From contig JACNGE010000014.1 of NCBI GenBank assembly GCA_014384285.1, positions 212,513 to 276,512 on the forward strand: a DNA stretch of 64,000 bases, given 5' to 3'. Position 1 is the first letter of the stretch. Every line of letters begins with the position of its first letter. A model generated the notes under the pieces. The model had not been told where the DNA came from, did no database searches, and was given only the letters and a program-made list of their open reading frames with translations. Of the stretch, positions 30,923 to 40,017 are shown piece by piece. A program made the position numbers and the translations under genes. Origin of the DNA: Actinomycetota bacterium (GTDB taxonomy: Bacteria; Actinomycetota; Acidimicrobiia; Actinomarinales; Actinomarinaceae).

Positions 30923-31932
30923 AATTGAATAATTCAAAAGTAGTGTATTTTGAAAACTTAAATGAATTAATAACATACTGTGGGGAAAAGACTAGCAATA
31001 ACTCACACCATACGTTTATTGACAAGAATGTTTTATTAAAATTTCCGGTTTTTAAAGAAGCCGGTATGAATATGAGTCCTCTAGATATCAGCGAAGATGA
31101 GAAAAATTTAGCAACAGTTTCTAGTTTGTGGAATATTATGTTTGAAAAATCTCTCCAAAGAAGTTCTATCGTATTTTCCATCGGAGGAGGGGTGATTTCA
31201 GATGAAGTTGGCTTTGCTGCCAGCACTTATAAAAGGGGGACCAAGCTAATAAACATTCCGACAACTCTTTTGTCAATGGTTGATGCTGCACATGGAGGTA
31301 AGAATGGAATTAATAATGAATACGGAAAGAATCAAATAGGAACATTTATGATGCCAAACGAAGTATTAATTTGCAGTGAATTTTTGAATGAGCTGCCCGA
31401 AAAAGAAATAAAAACAGGTTTAATTGAGTTAATAAAAGCTGGCTTTTTGAAAAATCCTCAACTGGTTGAAAAAGTTTATGACGTAAACCTAAATCAAATT
31501 GATACAAGTCTTATAAGTACAGCAGTAGAAATTAAAAATGAAATTGTTAGCAAAGACTTCGCAGAGTCATCAGAGAGAATGTTATTAAATTTTGGACATA
31601 CGATTGGACACCTAATTGAGGTTGACTCTAATTATAATATTTCACATGGTGAAGCAGTTGCTATAGGAATGTTAAAGTCTATGAAAATCTCTGAAAATAT
31701 TTTTGGACTAGATTCAAACGTAGCTGAAAAATTTGGATTTTTCTTAGAAAAATTAGAACTACATAAAGACTACAAATTTAATAGTGACACTGACCTCCTT
31801 AAAGAACTTTTAATAAATGATAAAAAAACGAATAATACTGAAATAAAGTATGTTCTTTTAAAAGATATTGGAGAGCCAATTTTGATTGATTATGACTTGA
31901 TGGAATTACTAAATGAGATTACTAATGATTAA
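30913..31932 (+). CDS. aroB: 3-dehydroquinate synthase
   Basis: GGGVISD, PTTLLSMVDAAHGGKNG, KNQIG, LNFGHTIGH, HGEAV. Confidence 0.96.
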   Translation: MDLKLNNSKVVYFENLNELITYCGEKTSNNSHHTFIDKNVLLKFPVFKEAGMNMSPLDISEDEKNLATVSSLWNIMFEKSLQRSSIVFSIGGGVISDEVGFAASTYKRGTKLINIPTTLLSMVDAAHGGKNGINNEYGKNQIGTFMMPNEVLICSEFLNELPEKEIKTGLIELIKAGFLKNPQLVEKVYDVNLNQIDTSLISTAVEIKNEIVSKDFAESSERMLLNFGHTIGHLIEVDSNYNISHGEAVAIGMLKSMKISENIFGLDSNVAEKFGFFLEKLELHKDYKFNSDTDLLKELLINDKKTNNTEIKYVLLKDIGEPILIDYDLMELLNEITND

Positions 31933-32356
31933 AATCTTGATAATTAATGGTCCAAATCTTAATATGCTCGGATTAAGAGAGATAAACCAATATGGAAAAA
32001 TATCTTATGACGATTTATGCAACCTAATCAAAACACATTCAAAAAATAAAGTTCAAATCGAATTTTATCAATCAAATATTGAAGGAGAGATTGTGTCTAG
32101 AGTTCAAGAAATCATTGATCAAGATATAGATGCTTTAATTGTAAATCCTGGAGCCTACACTCATACAAGTATTGCAATTAGAGATGCATTAGCGATCTTG
32201 AATATTCCAAAAATAGAAGTACATTTATCAGACATTAACAGCCGGGAAAATTTCAGAAAGACAAATTTAATTACAGATTTATGTGAATTGAGTATTATCG
32301 GGAAAGGTGCCAACGGCTATATTGAGGCAATAGAGTATTTGTATGAAAAAAATTAA
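31925..32356 (+). CDS. aroQ: Type II 3-dehydroquinate dehydratase (start ATG 31925)
   Basis: INGPNLNMLGLRE, QSNIEG, NPGAYTHTS, EVHLS. Confidence 0.97.
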   Translation: MIKILIINGPNLNMLGLREINQYGKISYDDLCNLIKTHSKNKVQIEFYQSNIEGEIVSRVQEIIDQDIDALIVNPGAYTHTSIAIRDALAILNIPKIEVHLSDINSRENFRKTNLITDLCELSIIGKGANGYIEAIEYLYEKN

Positions 32357-33161
32357 AAATATTTACTATCAGGGTTCCGAAGGGTCTTATTCAGAATCTG
32401 TATTAAGAAGCTATTTCCCACAGAATAGCTATATTCCTTGTCAAACATTTAAAGAAGTTGTTACACAGGCAGGGGATGAAAATTATGGCTTACTCCCAGT
32501 TGAAAACTCACTTGTAGGAACCGTAGTTGATTCATATGAGAACTTGATAGAAAGTGAATTATCAGTTTATGGAGAATTTAAGAAAAAGATAACTCATGCT
32601 CTCATCGGGTTAAAAGACTCAAAAATAGAAATAATTGATAAGGTCATTTCGCACCCTCAAGCTCTTCAGCAGTGCAGTAACTATCTTCAGACCATAAATG
32701 TAGAGTTACAGCCTGTATTCGATACTGCCGGGAGTGTATTAAGTTTACTTGATGAAAACTCTAAAACTACTGCTGGTATTGCTGGTGAGCACTTTGAAGA
32801 TGATGAAAGATTTAATATTTTGAAAAAAAATATTTCAAATCATGTAGAAAACTACACTCGTTTTTTTCTTATTGGAAACAATGATCCTTTTCTAGATGTA
32901 GTTAAAGAAAAAAGATCAGCAGTATTAATAGCTGACGATAAGCCTGGGTCTTTGTTAGCCTCATTAAAAATATTTGAAGAGACGAATGTTAATCTCACAA
33001 AACTTGAATCGAGACCAATAATTGGCAGTCCATGGGAATATAAATTCTATGTTGACTATCAAAATTCAGTTGATGACATCGACATTAAGTTACAAAATAA
33101 ACTGAAGGATGTTACAAAAAAATTTAAGATAATAGGAAAATACGGTACAGTTAATCTTTAA
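32343..33161 (+). CDS. pheA: Prephenate dehydratase with ACT domain
   Basis: QGSEGSYS, PVENSLVG, SHPQALQQC, NYTRF, NLTKLESRP. Confidence 0.96.
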   Translation: MKKIKNIYYQGSEGSYSESVLRSYFPQNSYIPCQTFKEVVTQAGDENYGLLPVENSLVGTVVDSYENLIESELSVYGEFKKKITHALIGLKDSKIEIIDKVISHPQALQQCSNYLQTINVELQPVFDTAGSVLSLLDENSKTTAGIAGEHFEDDERFNILKKNISNHVENYTRFFLIGNNDPFLDVVKEKRSAVLIADDKPGSLLASLKIFEETNVNLTKLESRPIIGSPWEYKFYVDYQNSVDDIDIKLQNKLKDVTKKFKIIGKYGTVNL

Positions 33162-34224
33162 ATTTCCAACTAGAACCAGATTCACTATCTTCGATTGCTA
33201 TATTCAGATTATCAAGTAAGTCACGAATCTCATCAGACTCGCTATATTTTTTTTCATTTCTAAATTTATTCCTTAACTCAATAATTCCTTGAACTGTACT
33301 ATCGAAAAGTGTGGTGTAGGTCTGATTATTTTTCAATTCAAGATTTAATTTTGCTACTTCTTTTTTAAGTATGTTTAAATCAGTTTCATTACGCTTACCT
33401 TGCTTATTGCTTAAGTCAGTTTTTTCTGGCCTAGGGAGAATATCTTGTAAATCACCTAAAGGATACTCAATTCCTCCTCTAAAACTAGTTTGTCCCAACT
33501 TTGTAATTGTTGTAACCTCACCAATGCCTTGCACAGTAAAGGTCTTTTTAGATCCATCTATTACTAGGGCAGTATGTTCATCTATTCCCAATATATTCGT
33601 ATATTCAGAGGATAGAAGATTATTCAATCTGTTCCTTCCTATATAGCTACAACTAGTGTCATGATTCCCACCCTCCTGATTATTAAAATGTGGGACAATT
33701 GTACAACTCAAACCATATAGATCTAATAAATTTAGACCTTTCTCCCAATAAGGATCCATACCAACTTTATATATCTCGTATACAGGAATTGACTTTTGTC
33801 CAAGGACAGTAGCTGCAGCACTTGAAAATACTGCATATTTTCCATTTCTAAGATGATTGGAAATAATGAGCGGAATTTCTGAATTTATCCATGTCTTAGA
33901 TGCATAGCTTGGACTACCTGGACCAGAAAATATGAAATTTGAATTTTTTAACTCTTCAAGCATTTCAAAATAATCAACAGAATCTATCGAGTCTTGAGTT
34001 CTTAAACTAGCTAGTTTGATATCGATTTGGACGCTTTTTTTAAAAAAAAGTTTTAATTTATCAACCAATACATCTGCATTTTCTTGAAAACCAAATGGAG
34101 TATCAATTAAATATGCATTAACTTGGTTATCAATTTGCTTCACAAAATCTCTATGAACAGAGACAAGATTTGGACTTGTTTCTCCTGAGCCCATAATCGC
34201 AATACTGCCTTTAGCTACTTCCAT
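33151..34224 (-). CDS. Peptidase S51/cyanophycinase-like (class I GATase fold) protein fused to a CysRS-type C-terminal anticodon-binding domain
   Basis: MGSGET, FSGPGSPSY, SSAAA, VPHFNN.EGG, LGIDEHTA; C-terminal ELRNKFRNEKKYSESDEIRDLL..LNIAIEDSESGSSWK. Confidence 0.75.
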   Translation of the reverse strand: MEVAKGSIAIMGSGETSPNLVSVHRDFVKQIDNQVNAYLIDTPFGFQENADVLVDKLKLFFKKSVQIDIKLASLRTQDSIDSVDYFEMLEELKNSNFIFSGPGSPSYASKTWINSEIPLIISNHLRNGKYAVFSSAAATVLGQKSIPVYEIYKVGMDPYWEKGLNLLDLYGLSCTIVPHFNNQEGGNHDTSCSYIGRNRLNNLLSSEYTNILGIDEHTALVIDGSKKTFTVQGIGEVTTITKLGQTSFRGGIEYPLGDLQDILPRPEKTDLSNKQGKRNETDLNILKKEVAKLNLELKNNQTYTTLFDSTVQGIIELRNKFRNEKKYSESDEIRDLLDNLNIAIEDSESGSSWKFKD

Positions 34225-34276
34225 TTAATCTATTATAGGGATTTATTGAATCTTCTATAAAATGTATAATTAAACT

Positions 34277-35275
34277 ATGTTGAAGATTGTTGTTAAGTTA
34301 CTAGATGTTTTTACTTTAGATTACATTCCAAGACTTCCTATATCTGTCAGAACAAGATTATTTTATATTATTCTTCCATTGAGAAAATATAGAGACAAAA
34401 TTCGAATGAACAAACCAGTTAACCAAGTTACATATCAGGAGAGAGTTGAGTTTGCAAGAGTGTCAAGAGAAGGAATTAATTATTCTGGTATAAAACTAAA
34501 TGAATTCCATCCTGAAGTTGATATTACAAAAATCACAAATGCGAAATTTAACACCCATAAACTTACTCCAAAGAATCCAAAAAGTGATGTTTATGGAATT
34601 TATTTTCATGGAGGCGGTTATTACTCTGGAAGTGTAATCTCTCATAAAAATCTTCTATCTCAAATTACTGCTTCAACAAATATGGTGACATATATATTTG
34701 AGTACAGACTTTCACCTGAAGCAGTTTTTCCAAGCGCTCATGATGATTCAAAAGAAATAGTCACATTTCTAGATAATCTTGAAGTAGGTAAAGATTCTAT
34801 CTGGATTGGAGAGTCAGCTGGTGGTGGACTTGCTACTGGATTATGTGTGGATGACTCATTTAAACTAAGACCGAAGAAACTTATTTTGATGTCTCCTTGG
34901 CTTGATTTATCTAATAAGAATAAAGACAGAAATTATCTCAAAAATAAAGACATCCTAATTCTCCTTGATGGCATGCATATGATGGGAGAGTACTATGCAG
35001 GAGAACATGACCCTTCAAATCCAATTCTTTCTCCAGTTTTTGCTGATTTTAAAGAATTTCCAGATGTGTTAATTCAGGTTTGCTCCAACGAGCTACTTTA
35101 TAACGATGCAGTTGAATTTAGTAAAAAACTAGAGACCATAAATAGTAATTTTGAATTACAGGTTTGGGATAACTTATGGCATGCTTGGCAATTTTTTCCT
35201 ATAAAAGAAGCCGAAGATGCTCGAGAAAAAATAGTAAAGTTTGTTAACAGTGAGTCTTATTCCTCATCTAAGTGA
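34277..35275 (+). CDS. Alpha/beta hydrolase, HSL-family esterase/lipase
   Basis: HGGGY, YRLSPE, GESAGG, SPWLD, HAWQ. Confidence 0.92.
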   Translation: MLKIVVKLLDVFTLDYIPRLPISVRTRLFYIILPLRKYRDKIRMNKPVNQVTYQERVEFARVSREGINYSGIKLNEFHPEVDITKITNAKFNTHKLTPKNPKSDVYGIYFHGGGYYSGSVISHKNLLSQITASTNMVTYIFEYRLSPEAVFPSAHDDSKEIVTFLDNLEVGKDSIWIGESAGGGLATGLCVDDSFKLRPKKLILMSPWLDLSNKNKDRNYLKNKDILILLDGMHMMGEYYAGEHDPSNPILSPVFADFKEFPDVLIQVCSNELLYNDAVEFSKKLETINSNFELQVWDNLWHAWQFFPIKEAEDAREKIVKFVNSESYSSSK

Positions 35276-36003
35276 TGTAAAGCAAAGCCAAATGGAAGTT
35301 CTAAACGATTTTCTTTCATAATTTTATCGTTTGTAAGCAGTTCCTTGGTTACTCCATCCTGAGTTATAGATCCACCATTAACAACTATGCTTCGAGGACA
35401 GATTTCTAGTGCCATTGGTAAATCATGTGTGACGAGTATTATTGAAATTTCCAGAGATAAAAGTATATCAATTAATTCTCTTCTTGATGAAGGATCAAGG
35501 TTAGAGCTAGGTTCATCAAGGACAAGTAATTGAGGTTTTGAAGCCAAAACACTAGCAATTGCAACTTTTCTTTTTTGGCCAAAACTTAAATGATGAGGTG
35601 CTTTATTTTGATATTTATTCATACCCACCATATTTAGCGCTTCGACGGCATTTTTCATACTAGCTTCATCTGAAAAGCCAAAATTTTTTGGTCCAAACAT
35701 GACATCTTCTAAAACAGTAGGCATGAATAGCTGGTCATCGGGGTCTTGAAAAACAACACCAACTGTTTTTCTGATTTGAGCCAGATTATCTTCTATGAAC
35801 TCCATATTGTCTAACTTAATAGAACTGTCCATAGCTCCTAATATCCCATTTAAATGGAGAATCAAAGTAGTTTTGCCTGCCCCGTTTGGACCTAATATCC
35901 CTAATGAGTCACCTTCATCAAGGTTAAAACTTATGCCATTTAGAGCTTTGTACCCATCAGGATATTCGTATGTTAAATTTGAAATTTCTAAATATTTACT
36001 CAT
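35257..36003 (-). CDS. cbiO: ECF transporter ATPase (CbiO/NikO)
   Basis: GPNGAGKTT, VFQDPDDQLF, LSFGQKRKVAIA, LDEPSSNLD. Confidence 0.93.
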   Translation of the reverse strand: MSKYLEISNLTYEYPDGYKALNGISFNLDEGDSLGILGPNGAGKTTLILHLNGILGAMDSSIKLDNMEFIEDNLAQIRKTVGVVFQDPDDQLFMPTVLEDVMFGPKNFGFSDEASMKNAVEALNMVGMNKYQNKAPHHLSFGQKRKVAIASVLASKPQLLVLDEPSSNLDPSSRRELIDILLSLEISIILVTHDLPMALEICPRSIVVNGGSITQDGVTKELLTNDKIMKENRLELPFGFALHHLDEE

Positions 36004-36761
36004 ATTTGTAGATCCATAATCAAAACTATTATTGATATAAGTGTGAGTAATACTAGGTAGTTGGAATTGTTATATTCTCTATCTTGGAGTTCAATGACTC
36101 CGTTAAATCCTCTTGAGACCATAGAGAGGTAAACCCTTTCTCCACGCTCATAACCCCTTATTAACATTGCTCCAGAAGCATAAGCGATTGGTAAAAGTGT
36201 CTTTATACCTTTTTCTATATAACCCCTAGATTGCATTGAAATTCTGACACGCTTAAATTCATCAATAAAAACATCTATATATCTTATAGAGAAGGACATT
36301 ATTGCAATTATTATTGAAGGGAGTTTTAATTTTTGTAGACCGTATATAATTTCAATATTTGTTGTAACTGCAGTTAAAACAATTCCCATAGATACTCCAG
36401 CTGTAGCTTTAAAGAGAATTGCAGACATTTCCAGCAGACCTGTTTTATAAATATCTAAAGAAAAAAAAGTAAATACCGCATCATTATTACCACTGCTTAG
36501 AAAGGGGAGGAAGATAGCAAATAGCACAAATGGGATGTCGATGGTAAGACGTTTTAGATAAGTTTTAACTGGAATTCTGGAAAATTTAATTATAAGCAAC
36601 ACAATGAGCGCGTGAGAAATTATTTGAAAAGGATTTATAATTTTTGAAAAAGCAATAGAGACAACAATTAACAAAGTGGCGAGAATTTTAGATTGTGGGC
36701 TTAATGTATAAAGTATTGATTCATCATGAAGGGAAAGATGGTGGGAGTGGGTTGTTTGCAT
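36000..36761 (-). CDS. cbiQ: ECF transporter T component (CbiQ/NikQ); start probably ATG 36761
   Basis: His-rich N-terminus, RYIDV..DEF.R...SMQSRG, RGERVYLSMVSRGF. Confidence 0.9.
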   Translation of the reverse strand: MQTTHSHHLSLHDESILYTLSPQSKILATLLIVVSIAFSKIINPFQIISHALIVLLIIKFSRIPVKTYLKRLTIDIPFVLFAIFLPFLSSGNNDAVFTFFSLDIYKTGLLEMSAILFKATAGVSMGIVLTAVTTNIEIIYGLQKLKLPSIIIAIMSFSIRYIDVFIDEFKRVRISMQSRGYIEKGIKTLLPIAYASGAMLIRGYERGERVYLSMVSRGFNGVIELQDREYNNSNYLVLLTLISIIVLIMDLQI

Positions 36762-36773
36762 ATACATATCTTA

Positions 36774-36790
36774 ATGCAAACAGTTTGCAA
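36774..36790. promoter_or_regulatory. Fur-family operator resembling the Nur box, adjacent to the cbiQ -10 (TAAGAT on the minus strand, 36768-36773)
   Basis: ATGCAA-ACAGT-TTGCAA, a perfect 7-1-7 palindrome TGCAAAC-A-GTTTGCA. Confidence 0.75.
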
Positions 36791-36799
36791 AAAGAATAA

Positions 36800-37210
36800 T
36801 TATTTACAGTTTTCGCAGATTCCAGAGTAGATAAAATTATTGTTAATACTTGTAAATTTTGTTTCCTTCATTAATAATTTATTAATTTTTGTAAATGTTT
36901 CAAAGCTTATATCAATGATTCTTTCACAGCTCATACAAATTAAGTGCATGATATTCTCTTCATTTCGAAGGAAATAAATTCCTGAACCGTGTGCTCGGTG
37001 CAAGTGCGCTATTAATCCAATCTGTCCAAGTAATTCTAAAGTTCTATAAACTGTAGCAAGGTCAACTTCAGAGCTCTTCTTAGTTACTTTTTTGTACAAT
37101 TCGTCAACCGTGAAGTGTGCATGCCCAGAATTTTCAAGAATTTCACAAATAAGCTCTCTTGATTTAGTAACCCTGTGACCCTTTTTCTTAATCTCGCCTA
37201 TCAAGTTCAT
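36800..37210 (-). CDS. Fur-family regulator, probably Nur-like (start ATG 37210)
   Basis: RVTKSR, HAHFT, DLATVYRTL, HLHRAHG, HLICMSC, GICENC; upstream of cbiQO. Confidence 0.9.
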   Translation of the reverse strand: MNLIGEIKKKGHRVTKSRELICEILENSGHAHFTVDELYKKVTKKSSEVDLATVYRTLELLGQIGLIAHLHRAHGSGIYFLRNEENIMHLICMSCERIIDISFETFTKINKLLMKETKFTSINNNFIYSGICENCK

Positions 37211-37249
37211 ATTCAAAGTATAATTTACTTAACTACAAAAATTATTTAT

Positions 37250-37723
37250 ATGAAAAAATCAATTTTTAGAATACTCAATAGGTATAGCCTTATATATCTG
37301 CCAGTCGGTTGGATTGTTGGGTTGGCAATAATTTTTATAACATTTGAACCATTCGCTGTTCTTTATTTTTTAAGTTTTGTGGTTATTGGTGCTTTTTTTG
37401 GTTTATATTTATTTACTTCTAATAGGGGGCTGGTAATTGATGATCATAATTTTTCTGCAAGCAGGTTTACAATTATTGAGTTTTATTCAGACTATTGACT
37501 AGGTTGTAGTGCATCAAAATTCATAGTTAATGAGTTTAAAAAAAAGAAACCAGATATTCCTGTTGTTTCGGTGAATGCTTCAAAGAAGAATTACAATGAC
37601 ACAGTAGCAAAGTATAATTTGGAGTATACCCCAACCTATGTTCTTGTAGACAGAAATGCAGAATTGGTTTACAAAAGAGTTGGTAATTTTAAGTTAGAGA
37701 AGTTTGAATCCCTAACAACTTGA
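37250..37723 (+). CDS. Membrane-anchored thioredoxin-like protein with in-frame TGA (37496-37498) in a UxxC motif; probable selenoprotein
   Basis: Two N-terminal TM helices, then IIEFYSDY*LGC; frame stays open 74 more codons with the Trx cis-Pro motif YTPTYVLVD; ends TGA 37721-37723 abutting the convergent gene. Confidence 0.78.
37517..37537 (+). promoter_or_regulatory. Candidate bacterial SECIS hairpin
   Basis: AAAUUCAU-aguua-AUGAGUUU; loop starts 26 nt after the UGA; G at loop position 2 followed by U. Confidence 0.5.
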
Positions 37724-38059
37724 CTAAGCTATTTTATCTCCAATCGAAGCTTTGTCTTCTGGTGATATTAGATTGACTGTATTATCTTTTGAAATTGAGC
37801 CTAAAATTAAGCACTGACTTATAATTGGACCAATTTGTTTGTCTCCTAGGTTGATTACTGCGATACACTTTCTGCCAATTAAAGATTCTTTTTTGTAATT
37901 TGTAATTTGAGCACTTGTTTTTTTAATCCCAATATTCTCACCAAAATTTATCTCAAGAACGTAGGAGGGATTCATAGCTTCAGGAAAATCTTGTACGTCT
38001 ATTATTTCACCAACTCTTATATCAAGTGAAGCGAAATTATTTAAGTTTTCTTTAACCAT
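37724..38059 (-). CDS. csaA: CsaA/Trbp111-type OB-fold tRNA-binding protein
   Basis: LDIRVGEI, FPEA..PSY.L.INFG, TSAQIT, INLGDKQIG. Confidence 0.9.
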   Translation of the reverse strand: MVKENLNNFASLDIRVGEIIDVQDFPEAMNPSYVLEINFGENIGIKKTSAQITNYKKESLIGRKCIAVINLGDKQIGPIISQCLILGSISKDNTVNLISPEDKASIGDKIA

Positions 38060-38087
38060 AACTCAAAGTTAATTACATAATTAAATT

Positions 38088-38627
38088 ATGTCAAAAGTAT
38101 TACTTTTATCAGCTGGGTCCACCAACACGTCAGGTAATAAAAAAGCTGCTGAATACACTAAGAAGTATTTGAAGCAAAAAGAAATAGTATCCTATTTATA
38201 TGACGATTTATATAGTGAAATACCTTTTATACTAGAGGGTGGTTCAGAGCAACCAGAAAAAATAATACAAATTAGAGATACTTTAGTAAGTTGTAATCAT
38301 TTAATAATTTTTAGTCCAGTATTTAATGGTGGTTACGCTTCACATCTTAAAAATACTTTAGATTGGCTGTCATTAGCATTTGATGATTATAAATATAATG
38401 AATTATTCAAAAACAAAAAAGCAGCAATTGTGTCTGCCGTCCTTGGAAAAGGTGGAAACTCATACAATGCCTACAGTTCACTTTCTTCTCAACTCGAAAA
38501 TTATGGATTGAAAGTTTTCAAAGATTTTTATCTATTTTCATCCAATAACAACTTAGAACAAAGACTCAGAGAAAATACACAAATTAAGGAATTTAATAAT
38601 TTTTTAGATGACTATTTAAAAAATTAG
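38088..38627 (+). CDS. NADPH-dependent FMN reductase family flavoprotein
   Basis: GST..SGN, FSPVFNGGY...LKNTLDWLS, KKAAI. Confidence 0.85.
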   Translation: MSKVLLLSAGSTNTSGNKKAAEYTKKYLKQKEIVSYLYDDLYSEIPFILEGGSEQPEKIIQIRDTLVSCNHLIIFSPVFNGGYASHLKNTLDWLSLAFDDYKYNELFKNKKAAIVSAVLGKGGNSYNAYSSLSSQLENYGLKVFKDFYLFSSNNNLEQRLRENTQIKEFNNFLDDYLKN

Positions 38628-39341
38628 TCGCTCATTCACCCTTTGATAAAGTAATTCTGTAAGTTCATCAACTTCATAATTTTGAATATCGGTAATCGGG
38701 TCTAATATTTCAATATCGATTTTTCCAGATTTCAACCACACACCACCCTTAACCATTAAATCATGGGCATTATGGGTTACAACAGGAACAATTGGTAAAT
38801 TAAATTGTTTAGCTATATGTGCTGCACCTTTTTTAAAAGGGAGTAAAGTTTTCTGATTACTCCTAGTTCCCTCAGGAAAAATCATAATAGAGTTTTTGTC
38901 ATCAATGACTCTCTGGATTGAGTCATTGATTTTAGGAAGATTAATTTGAGCTCTCTTTCTATCAATTCTTGGAAGTCCAAGAAGTTTTAAAACACGGCTT
39001 AGGAGGGGAATTCTAAATAGTTCAGTTTTAGTAAGAAATCTAATTGAAACTGGAAGTGCTGTGATATGCGTAAAAATATCTAAAGTTGAGGGATGGTTTG
39101 AAATTACAACATAACTTTTAGTAGTTTCTATCTTTTCAACTCCTGAAACTTTTAAGTTTATTCCAGCTACTTTAAGTCCAGACAGTCCAAAGAAGTTATA
39201 AAGCTTAGTTGCTAGGTATTTTCCATTTGGCAGAAATGAGACAAAAATAATTGTAATTAATAGCAAAATAAAAAACACTATGTAAAGAGGAAGTAATATA
39301 AATGTCCTCAATCGATCTTTAGAAGAAAGCTGAACACTCAT
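38616..39341 (-). CDS. plsC: 1-acyl-sn-glycerol-3-phosphate acyltransferase
   Basis: SNHPSTLD (HX4D), IDR, FPEGTRS, FKKGA, PIVPV. Confidence 0.9.
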   Translation of the reverse strand: MSVQLSSKDRLRTFILLPLYIVFFILLLITIIFVSFLPNGKYLATKLYNFFGLSGLKVAGINLKVSGVEKIETTKSYVVISNHPSTLDIFTHITALPVSIRFLTKTELFRIPLLSRVLKLLGLPRIDRKRAQINLPKINDSIQRVIDDKNSIMIFPEGTRSNQKTLLPFKKGAAHIAKQFNLPIVPVVTHNAHDLMVKGGVWLKSGKIDIEILDPITDIQNYEVDELTELLYQRVNERLIF

Positions 39342-39388
39342 AAATATATGATATACAAGATTTTTATTTTTTTAGAGATTTTTAATTG

Positions 39389-39967
39389 TCACCTTAAATC
39401 AAAATACGGAATTACTAACTGTACTACAGGTCCAATTGATACAGCTATTACTACTGAAGATAAGCCAACAGTACCTCCTAAAAGCCAGCCTAAACCTAAA
39501 GCCGTTACTTCAATTATGTTCCTAGCCATCCCAATTTTTAAACCCCTACTTTCAAGACCAACCATAACACCATCCCTAGGACCTGAACCCATATCTGCTC
39601 CAACATAAATTGCTGTACCAGAACCAATGCAAATAATTCCTATAATTACAAGCACCCATTTAACAATTAAACTCTCAGAATCAATTCCGAGGCTAATTAC
39701 TAGATCTGCAACTGTGCCAATCCAGAAAATATCAACGAAAGTTGCAATTCCTGGTTTTTGCTTCAGGGGTATCCAAAGAAGGGTGACAAAAATTCCTGTA
39801 GCAATTATTGCACTTCCAAAAGATAGGGTTGTATTCATTGAAATACCCTCATGAAACACACCCCAAGGTCCAAGGCCTAATCTAGAAGAAAAATTTAGAG
39901 CTACACCGGTGCCAATTAGGGTTGTTCCAACAAATACTTGAATTAGTTTTCTTGAAGTTAAAGCCAT
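39389..39967 (-). CDS. YczE/YyaS/YitT-family membrane protein (start probably 39967)
   Basis: LGLGPWGVFHEG, PGIAT, GSGPRDGVM, LGGTVG. Confidence 0.85.
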   Translation of the reverse strand: MALTSRKLIQVFVGTTLIGTGVALNFSSRLGLGPWGVFHEGISMNTTLSFGSAIIATGIFVTLLWIPLKQKPGIATFVDIFWIGTVADLVISLGIDSESLIVKWVLVIIGIICIGSGTAIYVGADMGSGPRDGVMVGLESRGLKIGMARNIIEVTALGLGWLLGGTVGLSSVVIAVSIGPVVQLVIPYFDLR

Positions 39968-40017
39968 ATAACAATGTAACATTTATTTCTTGCAACGAAG
40001 AGTACTACAATAAAAAT

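Noticed and set aside
33151..33330. Calling the 33151-34224 gene cysS
   Set aside because: Only the C-terminal helical domain resembles CysRS; the Rossmann catalytic core (HIGH, KMSKS, Zn ligands) is absent.
37496..37498. TGA reassigned genome-wide to Trp or Gly (code 4 or 25)
   Set aside because: TGA ends many conserved genes at the expected position (ATGA overlaps of rplD, rplP, rpsQ, infA) and Trp is encoded by TGG.
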